Notes: generated from the sequence alone by a model not told the origin. Counted from the stretch's first letter, positions 11,068 to 25,539 are shown. The stretch: 64,000 nucleotides of DNA from Spizellomyces punctatus DAOM BR117 (GCA_000182565.2 KQ257463.1), one strand, 5' to 3'. Program-made: numbers and translations.

Positions 11068-14039
11068 GTTTAAAGAGAGGGTGGGAGACTGTCGAGATGC
11101 AAAAGGATGAATGCAATGAATGAGCGACAATGAGAGACAAACATGGCACATACAATGTAGAAAGACTGCAACCCCAACGGCAAAGAAAGACGACAAGACA
11201 GTTAAGACAAAACTCGCACAAGACAAGGAGGACAATGCACACCCAGTACCTTATGAGGAAGAGAGTAAGAGATGAATACACGACTGCAGTGATAATAAAA
11301 CCAAGAGGTTCTCGTTTGTTTTCCGTTGGTTGCGTGCAAAAGAAGAACAAAAGGAGGAGGAGGAGGAAGAAGAAGAAGGACGACGACGAGAAAAAGCCCA
11401 AATGCAAGGGGTGAAAGACGAACGCGTGCTCTTCACATGTCAATTAAGCGTCTTTACTCATCATATTCCATATATGGATATATTACATTCTCATTCCGAT
11501 TCATTCCGATAGTTATTATCAAATGGGGAGAATTGAACACTTTTTTTTTTTTAATGGAGAACGTTTGGCGGCCAGCAGGAGGAGGTTCTTCGCAGGAGCA
11601 AAAGGCGGTGATCATTAGAATGGGCAGTAGCAGGGGGAGAGCCCAGTAGCCTCCAAGCAAAAAGGCAATGGGATTAAGGAAGAAGTGCCCGTTAAAAGAT
11701 TAGGCGGGTGATGGATTTGGCATGCGCTAAAAACAGAAACGGCTGCGCATCCGCTTGCGTCTTTTGCAGACCCGCCCGTGGTTCTTTTTGTAAATACTTT
11801 CCACGTGTAGCATCTTTTTTTCATGTGCATTTCACGCTCGAAAGCGCTCTCGCTCAATAAAGGAAACAAAACGCCATCGCCTTTATTAGCTTGCATTGGG
11901 TTTTTTGTAACGAGCAGCCTTTGTCACAAGTGGATGGCTCTCGCCCTTTGGGGGGGGACTCTTCTCCATGGGGCTACGTAGCTTTTCATCCCAGTTGGGT
12001 AAATCGAACTGCCCTGGGTTGTGCATTCGCGCCCATTTCCCGTGGCCCCGCGCGGGGGCGCGCCCCTCTAAAGAGGTTTCTCGTAGTGAAGAGCTTTTGG
12101 GAGCTTTAGGCGGAGGCCCGCGAGGATTCCCCGGGAATGGGATTGCTTACTCGTATTGGAAAAGTCGTCATGGTCTGGACACTGTCAGTTTTAATGTGTG
12201 TGATGGTAATCTGATGAGAAGCAATACAAGCGATCAAGATAGGGTGGTGATGATCAACAAAAGTAGTGATGATATGGGCCATGCCGCACACCAAATTTGA
12301 TGCAATGCGTTTCTTGGACAATAACGACACATTTCCATTACTGTCTCCCGAGAGTGTGCCGAGACAAACCTTCAAACAATAGTAAGATCATACAGGGATG
12401 GCCATTTGTGCATGGGATTTGCCAGCAGTTGTTCTTTCCACGGCATGCACTCTGCCCAACTGCTGGCATCCGTCCACTTTCGAGCATGACCAGCTCTTTG
12501 TCACTTTAACAGACGCTGATACATTTGCAAACATCAGACATTGCATGGGGATATAATTAATCCATGCCCAAAGAGTGAAAACCGTTTTGGGGAAATTAGA
12601 CAAACAATCAATATGTCATCATCCGTAATTGATGTCTCGCAGGATCGGAAAGCTCTCAAATACTTGTTTGGCGCCAATGTAATAAAGTTCTTCACGATTC
12701 GTAGCGCGGATGGATAGACGCCGGCACAAGGTGGACAAGTCTCCAAGTTTACCCAAAAGCGCAGATGCTGCAAGGATCGGGTCTTGCGAGTTCAAGCAAA
12801 ACATGATGCATTACTTGAATTGCCTCAGTTACCATAAGGCGGGAGAAGATCCCACCTGGGATACAGGCAGCAATGGCAGCTTGCTCGTCACAAGCTTTCT
12901 GCGCAGAATATATTGTTTCACGTGGAAAAGCGGGTAGACAAGAAAGTTCATTTGTGTGAATTGTGCATGCCACCTCCTCGATGGCGCATCAAAGTTTAAA
13001 GGATCTTGACGACATGAATACCATGCTCCATCTTGCCTCCCAACTATGAGACGTTCATGCCGCCTATGAAGGTTGATGCAGCAACTCAGCGTGTGTTCAG
13101 CAATACACAACTTTTGAGCCCTCCTACACTTGGCTACTTGGAACTTGGCCAAGTGCATTTGCCCAATGTGGTTGGGCGGAGTTATGCCATTTGTATTATT
13201 GTTGGCCGATGTCGGTCTGCTACTAAATCACCATTGCCACCACTCGCAAGATGACATTTCCTAGATGACACCTTTGGTAGCACTTTTGCAAAGAGAAACT
13301 ACAGTGTAGACACCCTCAGGTAGACAGTGTCCACACAGGATAGGAATCCCTTGGAGATTATGATAGGTAATTCACAGGTGTAATTTCCCGAGTCAGCAGA
13401 GTCGCTTTTGAGGGAATTAATATAAAAACCAGCAACCCTTAAAGAAAAGTAAATCCAAAGGAATCAGTAAAATAAGCTAGAGTTTTTCTCGATGAAATAT
13501 AATGTGCGCAAGATTAAGGTTATGCATATCCGAGTTGATTTGTGTTTGGCGATGGTAGAATTTGGGGAACATTCAGAAAACCAATGGCAGTGCGACACGC
13601 AAAGTCATGTCAGATTTTGAGTCTCATCTTTTTGCACGTCCGCTTTATGATCATGGATGTAAGTGGGCATACTCGGTTTTGATACCACAAAAAGTGTGTT
13701 TTGGAACAAAATGAGATACCAGTAGATGCGCATTCGGCCAACTGCATGGATATATCTGTCCCCATTGGCACGGACCAAAAGAACTCAAGCTCTACCGGCA
13801 CATCTTTCGTACCCGAATAACACTAATTACTCTTCATATCCATTCAGTCGTATGCCTATGGTGAAATGGTTCATCAAATAATTGGCACATTCAGCAATGG
13901 GAGTTACAAGCGCAAGCTGTCCAGCGTTCGTGAATGTGTACGTAAGCAGAATTCCCGATCGCAAAGCACGTGGCTGACTCAACCAGCTGAACACTTTGGA
14001 ACCGAGATCTTTGCCCGCAACTGTAATTGGAGCTGAACA

Positions 14040-15764
14040 ATGTCTACCCTCCCGCAGGACTTGGCCAACCTCATTTACTCCCTCCTCACCCAAGACCTTT
14101 CCACCCTCCAACGCCAACGCGCCCCCACTTGCTGTATATCCAATTTCACAACATTCACGTCCCAATTCCTCGCGCTCCTCGGCTCCACGGACCCAGTAGA
14201 CGCCGACGCCCTAATCACCTCCCTCCAAACCCAACACATACCCCACGACAACCTCGAAAGAATTCTAAAGCAAGTCGTCGCAGGGTCTATTCTTGTTGTC
14301 GGGGGATACGATGCTCGTGTCCGTGGGGTTCTTCGGCGGGTACTGGGGATTGTATTGGTGGCTGAGGGCGAAAAGGGGCGAAGCATGGTCTTGCAGGTTG
14401 TTGAGCGTGGTGTTGGGGAGGGTGTAGGTAAGGAGCTGAATGCAAAGGAGGAAGAGCAACCAAAGGACGCGACAGAGGATGTGAAAAAGTGGATGAGGTT
14501 GGGATTGTATACGGTTGCGGGTGGGATGGCGGTTGCGATGACTGGCGGGTTGGCGGCACCGTATTTGGCTACGGGACTTGGGTCTTTGTTTGCTAGTGTT
14601 GGGTTAACAGGTGCGACGGCTGCGGGGCTCGTTGGGGCTTTGGGGACAGCATCAGGCGGGATGATAGCTGGTGCCGTCGTGGGTGCTTCAGGAGGATTAG
14701 CAGGTATGTATCCTAACTCTTTTGCAACAAGCAAAACATGATACGTATATTGACCCTTTTTTGCGGCAGCGTACAAACTAGCCCACCCAACTCTCACTGA
14801 ATTCTACTTTCGACCCGTCACTCCTCACCCGCCCTCTGTTCCCTCCCTCCACCTCATCATCCCCATTAGTGGACACCCGGGCACCATATCCGAGACAGTA
14901 GAACCATGGGAAACCCTTTCCATCTACGCAGCATTTTCAGAGATCCACTGCCTGATTTACGAGTCGGGCGCGATGGGAACTCTCTCTAAAGCCTTGGAAG
15001 AGCTTGATACTGCCGGGGTCGACATGCACGGTGACAGTCCCACCTTGCCATCCATGTCAGCCATCCACCTCAGTCTCGTTACTGATTCGCCCTGGACGAG
15101 CGCTCTCCACCTCTCCAAAGAAGCCGGTCTCCTCCTTGCTAACCAAATTCTTGTTCCCGCATTACACGGCCACCACCCCGTAACTCTCATAGGCTACACA
15201 ACAGGCGCATACACCATCTTCCATTGTCTATCTGAGCTTGCGCGTCGTGGCCGAGTCGAGTCAAACGTATACGGTATCATTGATTCTGTGTACCTCCTTG
15301 GTGCACCCATAGACATCCATGACCCCATGTGGCCTGAACTCCGCCATGTCGTCCACGGCCGATTCGTCAATGCCTATTGTGGTGGCGACTGGGCACTCCG
15401 CTTCCTATGTCGCACCGCCAATGTTGCAGGTCTTTTACCCGTTGAAATCCCATCCCTAATTGACGACGACGATAATGATATCACCCACATGGACAGCGGT
15501 ATTGAAAATGTGGATATATCCCATTGCATTACTACTTTTCTTGACTTTCCTACCAACATGGTCGAAGTATTGGAAGCCATTGGATTCGAGAGAGGTAAAA
15601 GTAGAGTTCAGACTGGGGAAGTCTTGTTCGCGTTTGGAGAGGATGGCGAGGGGTTGGACAATAATGTGTCCACTTTATCACCCAACAAGGCTGCGGAACT
15701 GGTTGAAGAAGAAGAAGATGTTGGGTGGAAGGGTCGTGGAATTGCGTTTGGCAGGGCTGTTTGA
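14040..15764 (+). CDS. DUF726/TMCO4/Mil1-family membrane protein with alpha/beta-hydrolase-like domain
   Basis: Motifs GGYDARVR, MTGGLAAP Gly-rich TM region, AGLLLA..PVTLIGYTTGA and VVHGRFVNAYCGGDWAL; intron ~14704-14769. Confidence 0.85.
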
Positions 15765-16461
15765 ATAGAACTTTGGCCAGTTATGGCCCATGTATATCAA
15801 CATTCGAAAGAGTAGACAGGCTTTAAATTATATCATTTTTAACATGGGAGCACCCCACTGGAGAGCTCTTTTAGAATTTACAGTTTTGAGAAAAAGAAAA
15901 TCCAGGCAATCCTGATGTGAGCCACATGATCCATACCCCATCGTTTTCCGAATTCACAGTGCCAGTCCATCCCTCACAGTATCCAACCAGGCAAAAGCTG
16001 TAACACACCCAAGAAATGTGATAGTACATTGTTGAATTCACATACGTCTTTGGTGCATTCTCTCCTCTGGAGGGTTGGTCCCAGGTCCGATTCCTGGCGG
16101 GCTCACTCACATGCAAAGATATACATTTCTTGAGGAGACTGCGTTTTAAATACATTTTATATTCGTAGCTATTGCGCAGCAAAAGACTCTTTGCTGAATT
16201 GAACAAGCCTTAATAATCAGGAAGCCCTTTAAAACCACTGTAAGCTGACCAGGCTTGACACGCTATATATACTAGGACATTGTATAATAAAAAAAAATAT
16301 TATATTATCTCAAGGGGCAAAGTAACTCTACCCTCCGTCTGTGTATTTCGTGCAATAAGCTACATAAATCACACTCGTAAAGATCATCAGGGATATGTAA
16401 GCAATTTACACTGGGCTCCTCAGACAAGTCGATAGTCATTTCCTTTCCAAAATTCAAAACC

Positions 16462-18338
16462 TCACAATGGTATCGCTCGTCTCCGACCACCTGCATACCC
16501 GAACAAGATCCCTAAAAGCAATAACAGAATCCGATTTCGAGGTATCAACCGCATCACAAACAGGCCTGGATGCTTTTTTGGTTTCACTGTTGGCTTGGGC
16601 TGGACGGCCACGGAGGTGGATGGAACGGGCGGTGCGGAGGAGACGCTACGACGAGGTTCTCCGGAGGATTGCCTGGACACGGGTCCGGGTCTGGGAATTT
16701 CACGTGGGGGTGCGGCATGAGGCGCAGGAAGGGAAGGCGGGAGGGGTGTAGAGAATGAGATTCTGCGAGCGGTCACCGGAAGATTATTGGAAGCGACAGG
16801 GTGATGCTTTTCCTCGTGTGGAAGAGATCGGTAGGACTATATAGTAAATTATTTAGTCTCGGACAGAGCAGCCAAATATGCCATACCGCGCACAATCTCA
16901 CCTCGACAATAGTGAATATAAACTCTCCAACAGGCTTTGCAAACCACCTCTTGGGCTTCATTCCCTGAAACCATCCCAAATGCCCTCCATGCGGAGTTAC
17001 GCCCAAAATCACGTACGGATTTTCCTTGACTTCGAAGAAAGGTATGGCTTCCTTGGGTGCAACAGGATCATCCAGAGCAGAGAACAAGAGCATCGGTCGA
17101 CGAATATCAGGCACAAACTGTGCACTAGATCCCTGACGATAATATTCATGGACAGTGCGGTATTTGAAGGCTTTGCGGGTCAACAAGTCATCAAATTCGT
17201 AAATGAAGCGAGCACTCATGAGTTGGTCCACATCGACGAGATTGGAGTTTGTAAATTTGTGCATGTGACGCTTAAACACTCGAATCAGGTTCTGCGTCAT
17301 GCGCTTGCTGTATATGTTACGGCCGAACCAAGTGCTGTGCATGACATGGCTGCCGAGAAGGAGATCGAACGGGTTTGCAACCGCTACTGCACCAATAAAA
17401 GGACAGCTCTCGCCTGTTTCTCCAACAAACTGTCAATGAGGAACGTCAGCATGGGCAGCTACATTTTAGGAAGTCATGACCGCTATATGTACCTTTGTCA
17501 ATACGTTTGCACCCAAAGAAAAGCCAACGCCAAAAAGAGGGGCATCAGGACATCGCCTCCTGATGTAGTCAAGAGCATATCTCAAATCGCCAGTATATGC
17601 ACCGCAATACAATTGCGCTGAAGTAAGCTCTGTCTGAGCACAGCCTCTAAAGTTTGATACTACCGCTCGGTAGCCCCTTTGAGCTACTTCCTCTACAACA
17701 TCCTGCACGTACGTCTCGTGCGATCCTCCAGTCAGTCCATGAAGAATGACGATAATAGGTGTTTTGTCGTGTTCAGAGGCCGAAGGGGGAAGAGCAGGAT
17801 GCCAATCCAAAGCCACATTTCCACCATCAGGAAAGTAAATTAGCTCACGGGTATATTCTATCCTTGGCTTGGCGTAATCAGCAAACAACGCAGCAAAGAT
17901 CGTTTGTAAGTGCCCGTTAGCCAAGTAAGGTGTTGGGGAAAACACATTCTTCTCCCCCTTGGGATCCGCCAATGTCGGACATTCTTGCCGGATGAGCTTA
18001 TGCAACGGCACCTGCTCAATACTCTCGCCCCCTCGTTTTCCAACCTGCCTTTTGGCTCGCTTGATGCCAACAGTCCGTGGCGCGTGATAAATAGTCACCG
18101 GGTTCGTTAGCAGCAAGCGTTGACGAAGATACAAGATTAAAGCCCACAGAGCAAGGGTGGCGATAGACAAAAGGAGCGAGAGACGGAACGGGGAGAGCGT
18201 GTAGAGTTTGAACTGGTTGACCACACTCGCCGGGAGATAGAGCAAGAATCGGTATGGCAATTGTGGCTCCATGTTTGACCAGTCGCTGTAATCAGTAGGA
18301 ACCCCAGTGTTGACGGGAACGAAAACTCCTTCCGACAT
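16462..18338 (-). CDS. Alpha/beta hydrolase, ABHD1/3-EHT1/EEB1 family; multi-exon
   Basis: Motifs NGHLQT, DGGNVALDW, ILHGLTGGSHE, NFRGC, nucleophile GFSLGAN, ALDDPV and HGGHLGWF, plus an N-terminal TM helix. Confidence 0.9.
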
Positions 18339-20863
18339 GATGGGCACAACTGAAATATTCGAAAAAAAGAAAAAGCGTTGAAAACTTCAAAGGCCTCCAA
18401 AGTGTTCGCGTTCGGTACAATGAACTTCCATGCGTTCCAATGCATTCCAATAGATAAACATGCTTGAAAGCCACGTGGAAACCTTGATCGACTGTTGTGT
18501 TGTACGTAATACGTCTCCGTCGTTGTGCCGAGGCCTTAAAAATGCATGATATTGACATTAACCTAGAATCCATGACAAGTGGAACTCTACTACAGTATTC
18601 CGTAGGCGCAGAGGCGATTACCATGCGATCTGTTGAAGATAATGAAATATCCATCCTCAGCATCCTCATGCCTATGGACTTGGCACTCACGGTGCAAATG
18701 AAAATAAGCAAACGAACGGCTTGTAATTACTTGCGGTCAATTGCATATGCTAGAGGGCGGTGCCTATGAATTGACCAATGAATACAAGCGATGAATGAAC
18801 ATTGGGACAGAAAATATGGTGGAAAGCACTATGAGCCGTCGGTTGGCTAAGATTACTGCTAAATCAGGTTCAACCTCACATTCCAGTACCATATTATCAA
18901 AGTGTACCATTGCATTCAATGTTTTTGAACAAGTACTTACACTCCATCGCACAGATTTCAAGTCGGCTATCAAGCGCAGGAGTAAATCTTGATTGCTTTC
19001 CCGGCGCGAAGGCTTTATCTGGGTACCACCTAGTTCGTTCCAATTTCTTTCCACACACGTGCATATATTCTCTACGAGTTCTATTACAATGTCCTGCTTT
19101 TTCATAGTGTGATGTCCGTGTTTCAACGTATCACCCGACCATTGCAGGTGTGGCTTATTAAGCTGATAACCAAAATAGTATTTTAATAGAGTATTCATTC
19201 TCAACTGCCAGCCCGCGAACAAATGACCATGGAAGCCGTTGTATTGTGCGCGGACTTCGGTTTGGAGAACAGCGGGATGGTTTCTAATACCAAGTGACAT
19301 GGAGGCAAGCCCTTGGACGTGGCAATCTAAATGGACTGAGAGATATCTGGCCCCTTGACGGGTGGTGCATCTCTGTGGGAAACTTTGCGTCCACATCAAT
19401 AATTTCCTGTATGGGCTCATTGTCCAGCGGAATTGGATGTAGGTTAGTATCACAGCAGCGAGCTCTGGTATATCAGGCATGCCGTCGTTTGCCCAATCAC
19501 CGCAATGCTTTTACATGCTGCCAATATTATCCCAGCTTTTTCAACTTTGAATCGCGCCTAGTAACGCAGTTCGGAATTGCAGTTTGGTGAGATATAACTC
19601 TGTCCCTCGCTTCACCGTGCATCGATGCCTGCCATACTGCTGTTGTGTTCATGGAGGCTCGCTGATGAGAAAGGACGCAAATCGACACACAAATGCCTCA
19701 AGTTTGCCACACGGCAGTGGCAGATTGTATTCTCGCGTGTTGGTTCTAGCCAAGTCTTCGAGACCAGATCCTTGTACTCTTCCTCAAGCTCTCCGGAACT
19801 ATCTTTGACGGCCACCGCAGGAGGAATTTCAAATGGTAAAGATGCACATGTTTCTTTTTTTTTCATAGATGTAGCGGACCCACGCCAACATATCCCTCAA
19901 GTGAATACTCTCATGGCAGACCAAAATGTTTGCATGAAGTGTAGCGCTCCAGCCGGTCAATGGTGACAATGTCATGTTGTGACCGCTAACCGAAACCTTC
20001 ACAATATTTGTATGATCTTCCTATCGACCCCCGTCACTTGCAACATACATTCTTCTGTAGTCAGAACGCAACTTTGTCCATGCATGTCAACAGGGACCCG
20101 ACTGTTGCTAATCATACATCGACACTCCAAATGGCAAAGCTTGGAGTTGCGGAGCTTTCAATTTTGCTGGCTCTAGGTCGTGCTATGTCATATGAGGATA
20201 GATTGAGTAGCGCTTGCGCAATAAGACGAATGATGTCAGGGACCGGACCAATAGGCGCCGAAGCTATGATTTCCTTGATGACATATTCAAGGTCCAGGTT
20301 CTTTACCAAGGAAGGCCTTATGAACCCTTTGTGCGAGCTATTTTGCTGACTCTTTGGCGGTGTTGATCTATGACAACAAGAAGTCGATTATGGTATATTT
20401 ACACATCTTGTCTATACCTCTGAATGATGGCAAAAGACGCTTGAAGCGCTCAATAGTCCGGAAAGTAAGATAAACTTTCATCCATTGATCCATTTCCCTT
20501 TGATTCACTGGTTGCGTAGTGTGATCAAGTTCTCTTGGCATTTCTGTGACCAATATGCGCAGCACGGGAAATGCACAACAGTATTTTCGCTCGTGCTGAC
20601 TGATTCTGTGACAAGACAAGGGGCATGACTATGTCTGGAATACAAATTCATGGTAGTATCGAATGCATTAAGGAATGGAAAGTCATGAAAAGTGACGGGG
20701 CAGCAGTCACTTTGTGACTGGTATTCGGACAACTGTATTCGGACATCAGTTTGGACCTGACGCCTTCGGACAAATGCGACGTCCACGTGAGATTATGATG
20801 ACCTAATCAACGGAGACGCATCTGAGCCGACTGATGACTTGCAGGAACCTGGCAAAGGTAGTC

Positions 20864-22405
20864 ATGAACGCAAGTCCAATTAATCCACTATCCAATCCAA
20901 AAGGTCTGCTAGATAATGCTTGTGGGTTACCTATCAGCCATATAGTTCTCACAAGCTGGTACAATTAGGATTAAAGCTCGATTGTGAACTATGCGGGAAG
21001 CCAGCGTGAGTTTGACTTTTTGACTTGCGCTTGATAATCGCTGATGGATTGACGGTGTTTGGATAGGTACTTGCGATGTGAAGGGTGTCGAGTCACATTT
21101 TACTGGTACATTCTTTGAATTGGATTGTTGGGTGGTGTGAGAGAAGACGGAGATTGATATGTGTGGTCTAGTGATAAGGAGCATCAATTGACCGATTTCA
21201 AGGGGATTCATGAAAAGATTTGTGGATTGCTTATTCCATTACGGTGCGTTTTGAATGTAAAGTATGTATATATCTATGGTTTGGTCTAAAAGTGAACGAT
21301 TTTAGTACACCCGTTGCCGTTCTTGGATCCGAAGAAGAACGCGCGCATCGATCGCACCAAACCCTGCACCGCCAACAACAGCTGCTAGAGTTGACGAAAA
21401 CAGAGGCCCACAAAAAATTGTTTGAGGGGAAATATAACCTTGCCATCCCGGCTGCTCTCCAGGCTCTTCGCTTCTCCATTGCAATTCATGGACCCGATGC
21501 CATTGAACTGGTTCCGTCGTATTTGCTTTTGGGCGAGGCGAGTATTGGGTTGAATCAGACCAAGCAGGCGGAGGATTATCTGTCGTTGGCTAAATGGGCG
21601 GTGATGAGGTGTGGGGAGGTGGATTTGGAGGTCAAAGCGCAGTTGCATCGAAATTTTGGGTTATTGTTCAAGGCAAAGGAAATGGCAGAAGAAGCTATAG
21701 AGGAAGTTGCTTTGGATGTGAGTACTTTTTGAGTTTTTTCTGATATGATATAGTGGCACTGATTTTGGTTGTCGTGAAACTTGTGATCAACAGATATATT
21801 ACTCGTCCCTCAAATCCGGCAACCCTGAACACATCTCTGGTACGTTCTGTTCCCCTTCTCATGCATCGGTTTTTGTCTCGTTTTGCAACTAACGCACCTT
21901 GCAGTCGCAGGCGGATACTACCATCTTGGCACTCTTTTCCAATCACTCAACCGCTTCGACGATACAACAAGCATTTACGATCGCATCATCCATATTTACA
22001 AAACATATCTCGGCACGTCCGAGGCACTGAACGAAGCACAGCAGGCGGAAGCTGTACAGATTCTAAAGAGCGCTTTGGCCTACCGTCAGAATTACGTGTC
22101 GTCTCCAATATCTGCCGCAGAAGCGTTGTGGGTTTTCGCGTTACTGTGGAGGAAAGTCGGGTCAAATGAGAAGGCGAGGGAGTTTGCTGGAAAGGCTCTT
22201 GAAGGTACGCTACTTTTTAGTAACTTGTTTGTTTCTCAAACTCTGGAGAGACGTTCCTGCTGACACCCTCCCAACAGCGTACGAGGCAGCACTGGGCCGC
22301 GAGCATTCCATCTCGATTGAAATCCGTGCGTTTTTAAAGACCATGGTGGGGGATTCGGGAGCAAGCAATAGACTAGTAGGAAACAGAAAGAGCAGTAACG
22401 CGTAA
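20864..22405 (+). CDS. ZMYND12: Zinc finger MYND/TPR protein, ZMYND12 homolog (ciliary); multi-exon
   Basis: Micro-exons reconstruct MNASPINPLSNPKG-LKLDCELCGKPA-YLRCEGCRVTFYC-DKEHQLTDFKGIHEKICGLLIPLR, then SEEER...AIPAALQALRF...ELVPSYLLLGEASIGL. Confidence 0.85.
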
Positions 22406-22494
22406 AAAGACTTCACACCAAAAGTCCATTGTGAAAGAAATGATATATTTATTATAACTATAGTGGCAGAAACAGATATCACACATGCTCCTCA

Positions 22495-25400
22495 TCAGCT
22501 TTTTATTTTCAAATCATTTTCATCCTTTTTTTTAAAGTTGTTTTTCTTTTTTACAGGCCCTCCTCCGGCCGGAGCCATTGGCACCCCCACCGCGGTGAGT
22601 CGTGGCCGCCGCTCCACCATCGCGACAGTCAGTCCTGTTCAACCAAAAGACAAGTGGAGAAGACGAGTAAAGAGAAGGGGGGGAAAGGCGAGAAACGTCG
22701 CCTTTTTATAACCCTGGGGAACTGCGCTTTTTTTTTGCAATCGGGAATTCTCGGCGGAAGATTCCCTATCTTGCGTACGTCATTCTTCTGAGCACGCCAT
22801 GAAGGTCCAATCATCGTCGTCGTGTTCACCTCCTGGCAGATCTCCTGGCGTGCGTTCCGTTCCCCCCTTTGGAGTGTGAGGTGAGGATTATGTAAACGCG
22901 TCATTTGTTTATTCATTTTTCCCACGGTCGGTCTTTTGGCTGTTTTCTGAACGGTCTCGAGCAGAGCAAGAGCATTCTTCTACCGGGCTTTCTGTCGTCC
23001 TTTCTTTGGTGGGTCTACTCCGTAGATTCTGCGCAATTTGGTGATGGATGTAGGCTTGGATGGGTCAACGGGTTTGTCTTTTGGGAGCGGTGGGGGCGTC
23101 ACCGCTGAGGTTCTATTCCTCACGCAACTTGAGTTATGGTGTTTGAAAAGAGGTGAAGAAACAAAGAACAGTACCTAGCTGTTATAGGAGCGTTCAGAAT
23201 CCCATCGGTAGGCCGCAAGGACTGTCGTGTTGCCACAAGTTCTACTCCCCGCTCTTCTCCTTCCACTTTTGCTACTCGTTCCTCCAAGGCTTTGACGGCC
23301 CTCTCAACCTTGCCGTCATCAGTCTCCTCAATAGCAGGCACATCCCTATACATCTCCAACAGCTTGGAAGGAACATCCACGGAATGGGTAGTAAGGATTT
23401 GTCGTTGGAGAGAGGTGATTTGGTCCAAGCGGGTTAATTGTGTGCGTGTCTGTTGTAGGGTGTTGGTGAGGTTTTGGAGAAGTGTTTTTTGTTGTGCGGT
23501 GAGAGTTTGGAGGTCTGTGTCTTTTGTTTTTGAAAAGAGTGAGTGGCCTTCGTGTGAACTGCAGAGGAAAGCAATCGGACTTACTTTCAAGGGATGTGAA
23601 ATGAGACTTTATAAGGAGTTCGAGGTATTGTCGGCTTCGGGTGTCAAGAGACCTCGGTATACTCTATTAGGTGGTCAAAACAAGTCCTTGAATACAAAAA
23701 GTGATCTTACGCAAACAGTACCTGCTCAATGCTTCTAATCCCCTCTTCGACCTCTCCAATTTGCTTCAGCACCTCCTCCCTTTGTCCGTCATTCCCGACC
23801 TCCATTTCCAAAAGTCTTTCCCTCAACTCCTGGTGCTCGGCAAATAACCCCAAAAGCACTGAATGAAGCTCTGTAAACATGGAACGTTCTGGCGTCGCTG
23901 GTGTTTTGGGGAGAGGTTCGTCAATAAGGCGAAGACGAGGGGCAAGACTGACGCTATTCCTGGGTTGTATAGTCGTTATGCCGCTTTCGGCTCGCACCAG
24001 GCGATTTTTTAAAAGACCGATTTCGGATTGAAGCTGTTGGATTGTTACGCTATATGTGTCGGTTTTTTGGGATACTTGTTGGGTTACCTATTAAGCCCAT
24101 CATTTTAGGTCACCAGATGATCATCATACGGGCCATATCAGAAACCGTACCTTGGTCTTGATGGCTCGAGCTCGACTAGCATACTTTAATGTATTTACTG
24201 TTTCATCAAAGTTGCTACTCCCAGGACTGATATTAGCGATCATGACCGTCCGGCAATTGCCTCCCAAGGAATCTTTCAAAAGCCGGGTGAGTTTACTATC
24301 GCGGTAGTTGACGTATTTTCCCTTCTTTTTGGTCGTATCCGAGAGCGCTGTTATGCAATTTCCGAGAGCGAGGAGAGAGCGATTGATATTTGCGCCTTCT
24401 ATCATCCGCATGCCGCGATTCTAATATGATACTCTAGTGTGAATAAAGGAGAATAAACGGCAAAAGGCAAGTCATATAAAACTGACCTTTGTCTCCGCAG
24501 CTCTTTCTGACCCTGCCAAATCAATCAGAGAAAGCTTCCCAAACCTCTCTACAATCTTCCCTTTCCGATTCCGCATCCGGCATCCGACCAAAACCTGCAA
24601 CACTGCATGAGACCGTGAAGAAACCTCATTGGCGCCCGTGGCTTCTTGTGTGCGATGTCGATTGCCTTTTCGGAGGAACCCCAAGACTTCTTCGGGGGTT
24701 TTGGCTGTGACGGTTGTTATCCCTGCTACGACGACGCCTTTTTGGGCATCTTCGCGTAGATCGAGGTAATCGGCTTTCCCAGAAAGCAAGTCGCGAATGT
24801 TTTCATTGTAGATCTCAAGGTAGGATAGGGTTACAGTGTAGGTTCCTTGAGTGGTAGCGTCCTCGCCTTCGACTTGTTGCTCTCTATTGTGGGCATCGAT
24901 GAGGGTGAATAGGTCCATGAGTGTTAGGGCCATGATACCAGGTGCTGAATCGGTTCCGAGCATGGTGTACGTTTTGCCGGCCCCTGTTGCGCCTGAACAT
25001 TCACTGCGCACATTAGCAATGAGTTGGCGTTCAAAAACTTTATATTCCGTCTGTGTGCATACCATAAGCAAAAACAGTCGCATTATACCCCTTGACGACC
25101 CACTCGATCAAATACTTGACCGTTTTGTCAAACACCTCGGTTTGTTGGGCACCTTCACCAAAGACCCGGTCAAATGCGTATATTCGCTCTTTGGGACGGT
25201 CTTTGCGTAGGACATCGTCGTATTGATCTGGAGTGGGTTCCGTCACGAGGACTGTCTGTTGAGAAACGCAGAATGAGGTATGATACTATGGTTGGATGGT
25301 TTTTGTAGATTAGGGAGTTTTTACCTGGTCGTCGTGGGATCGTGCAGTGATTTGAAGGTTCTCCTTTGCGAGTTCTTTGAGTGACAGTGGACGGATTCGG

Positions 25401-25539
25401 ACAGACACCTAGAGCAACATGGCCGTTAGATTCATCAAATATCTCTAATGCATTCTCTCTTTTGAAAACGTAAAAGATGTACCATCAATTTTGCCACTGA
25501 AGATCCGGCAACGCTTTCTCGTTCTGCTTCTTCCGCCAT
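22495..25539 (-). CDS. Kinesin-8 family motor (KIF19/KIF18-like); multi-exon, 3' end uncertain
   Basis: Motifs [78 protein letters not shown] and [20 protein letters not shown]. Confidence 0.9.

Noticed and set aside
11068-11235. Hydrophobic N-terminal extension of the 362-aa ORF
   Set aside because: Non-ATG start; it looks like intron or UTR sequence (GTACTG donor-like site and pyrimidine tract) upstream of the ATG at 11067.
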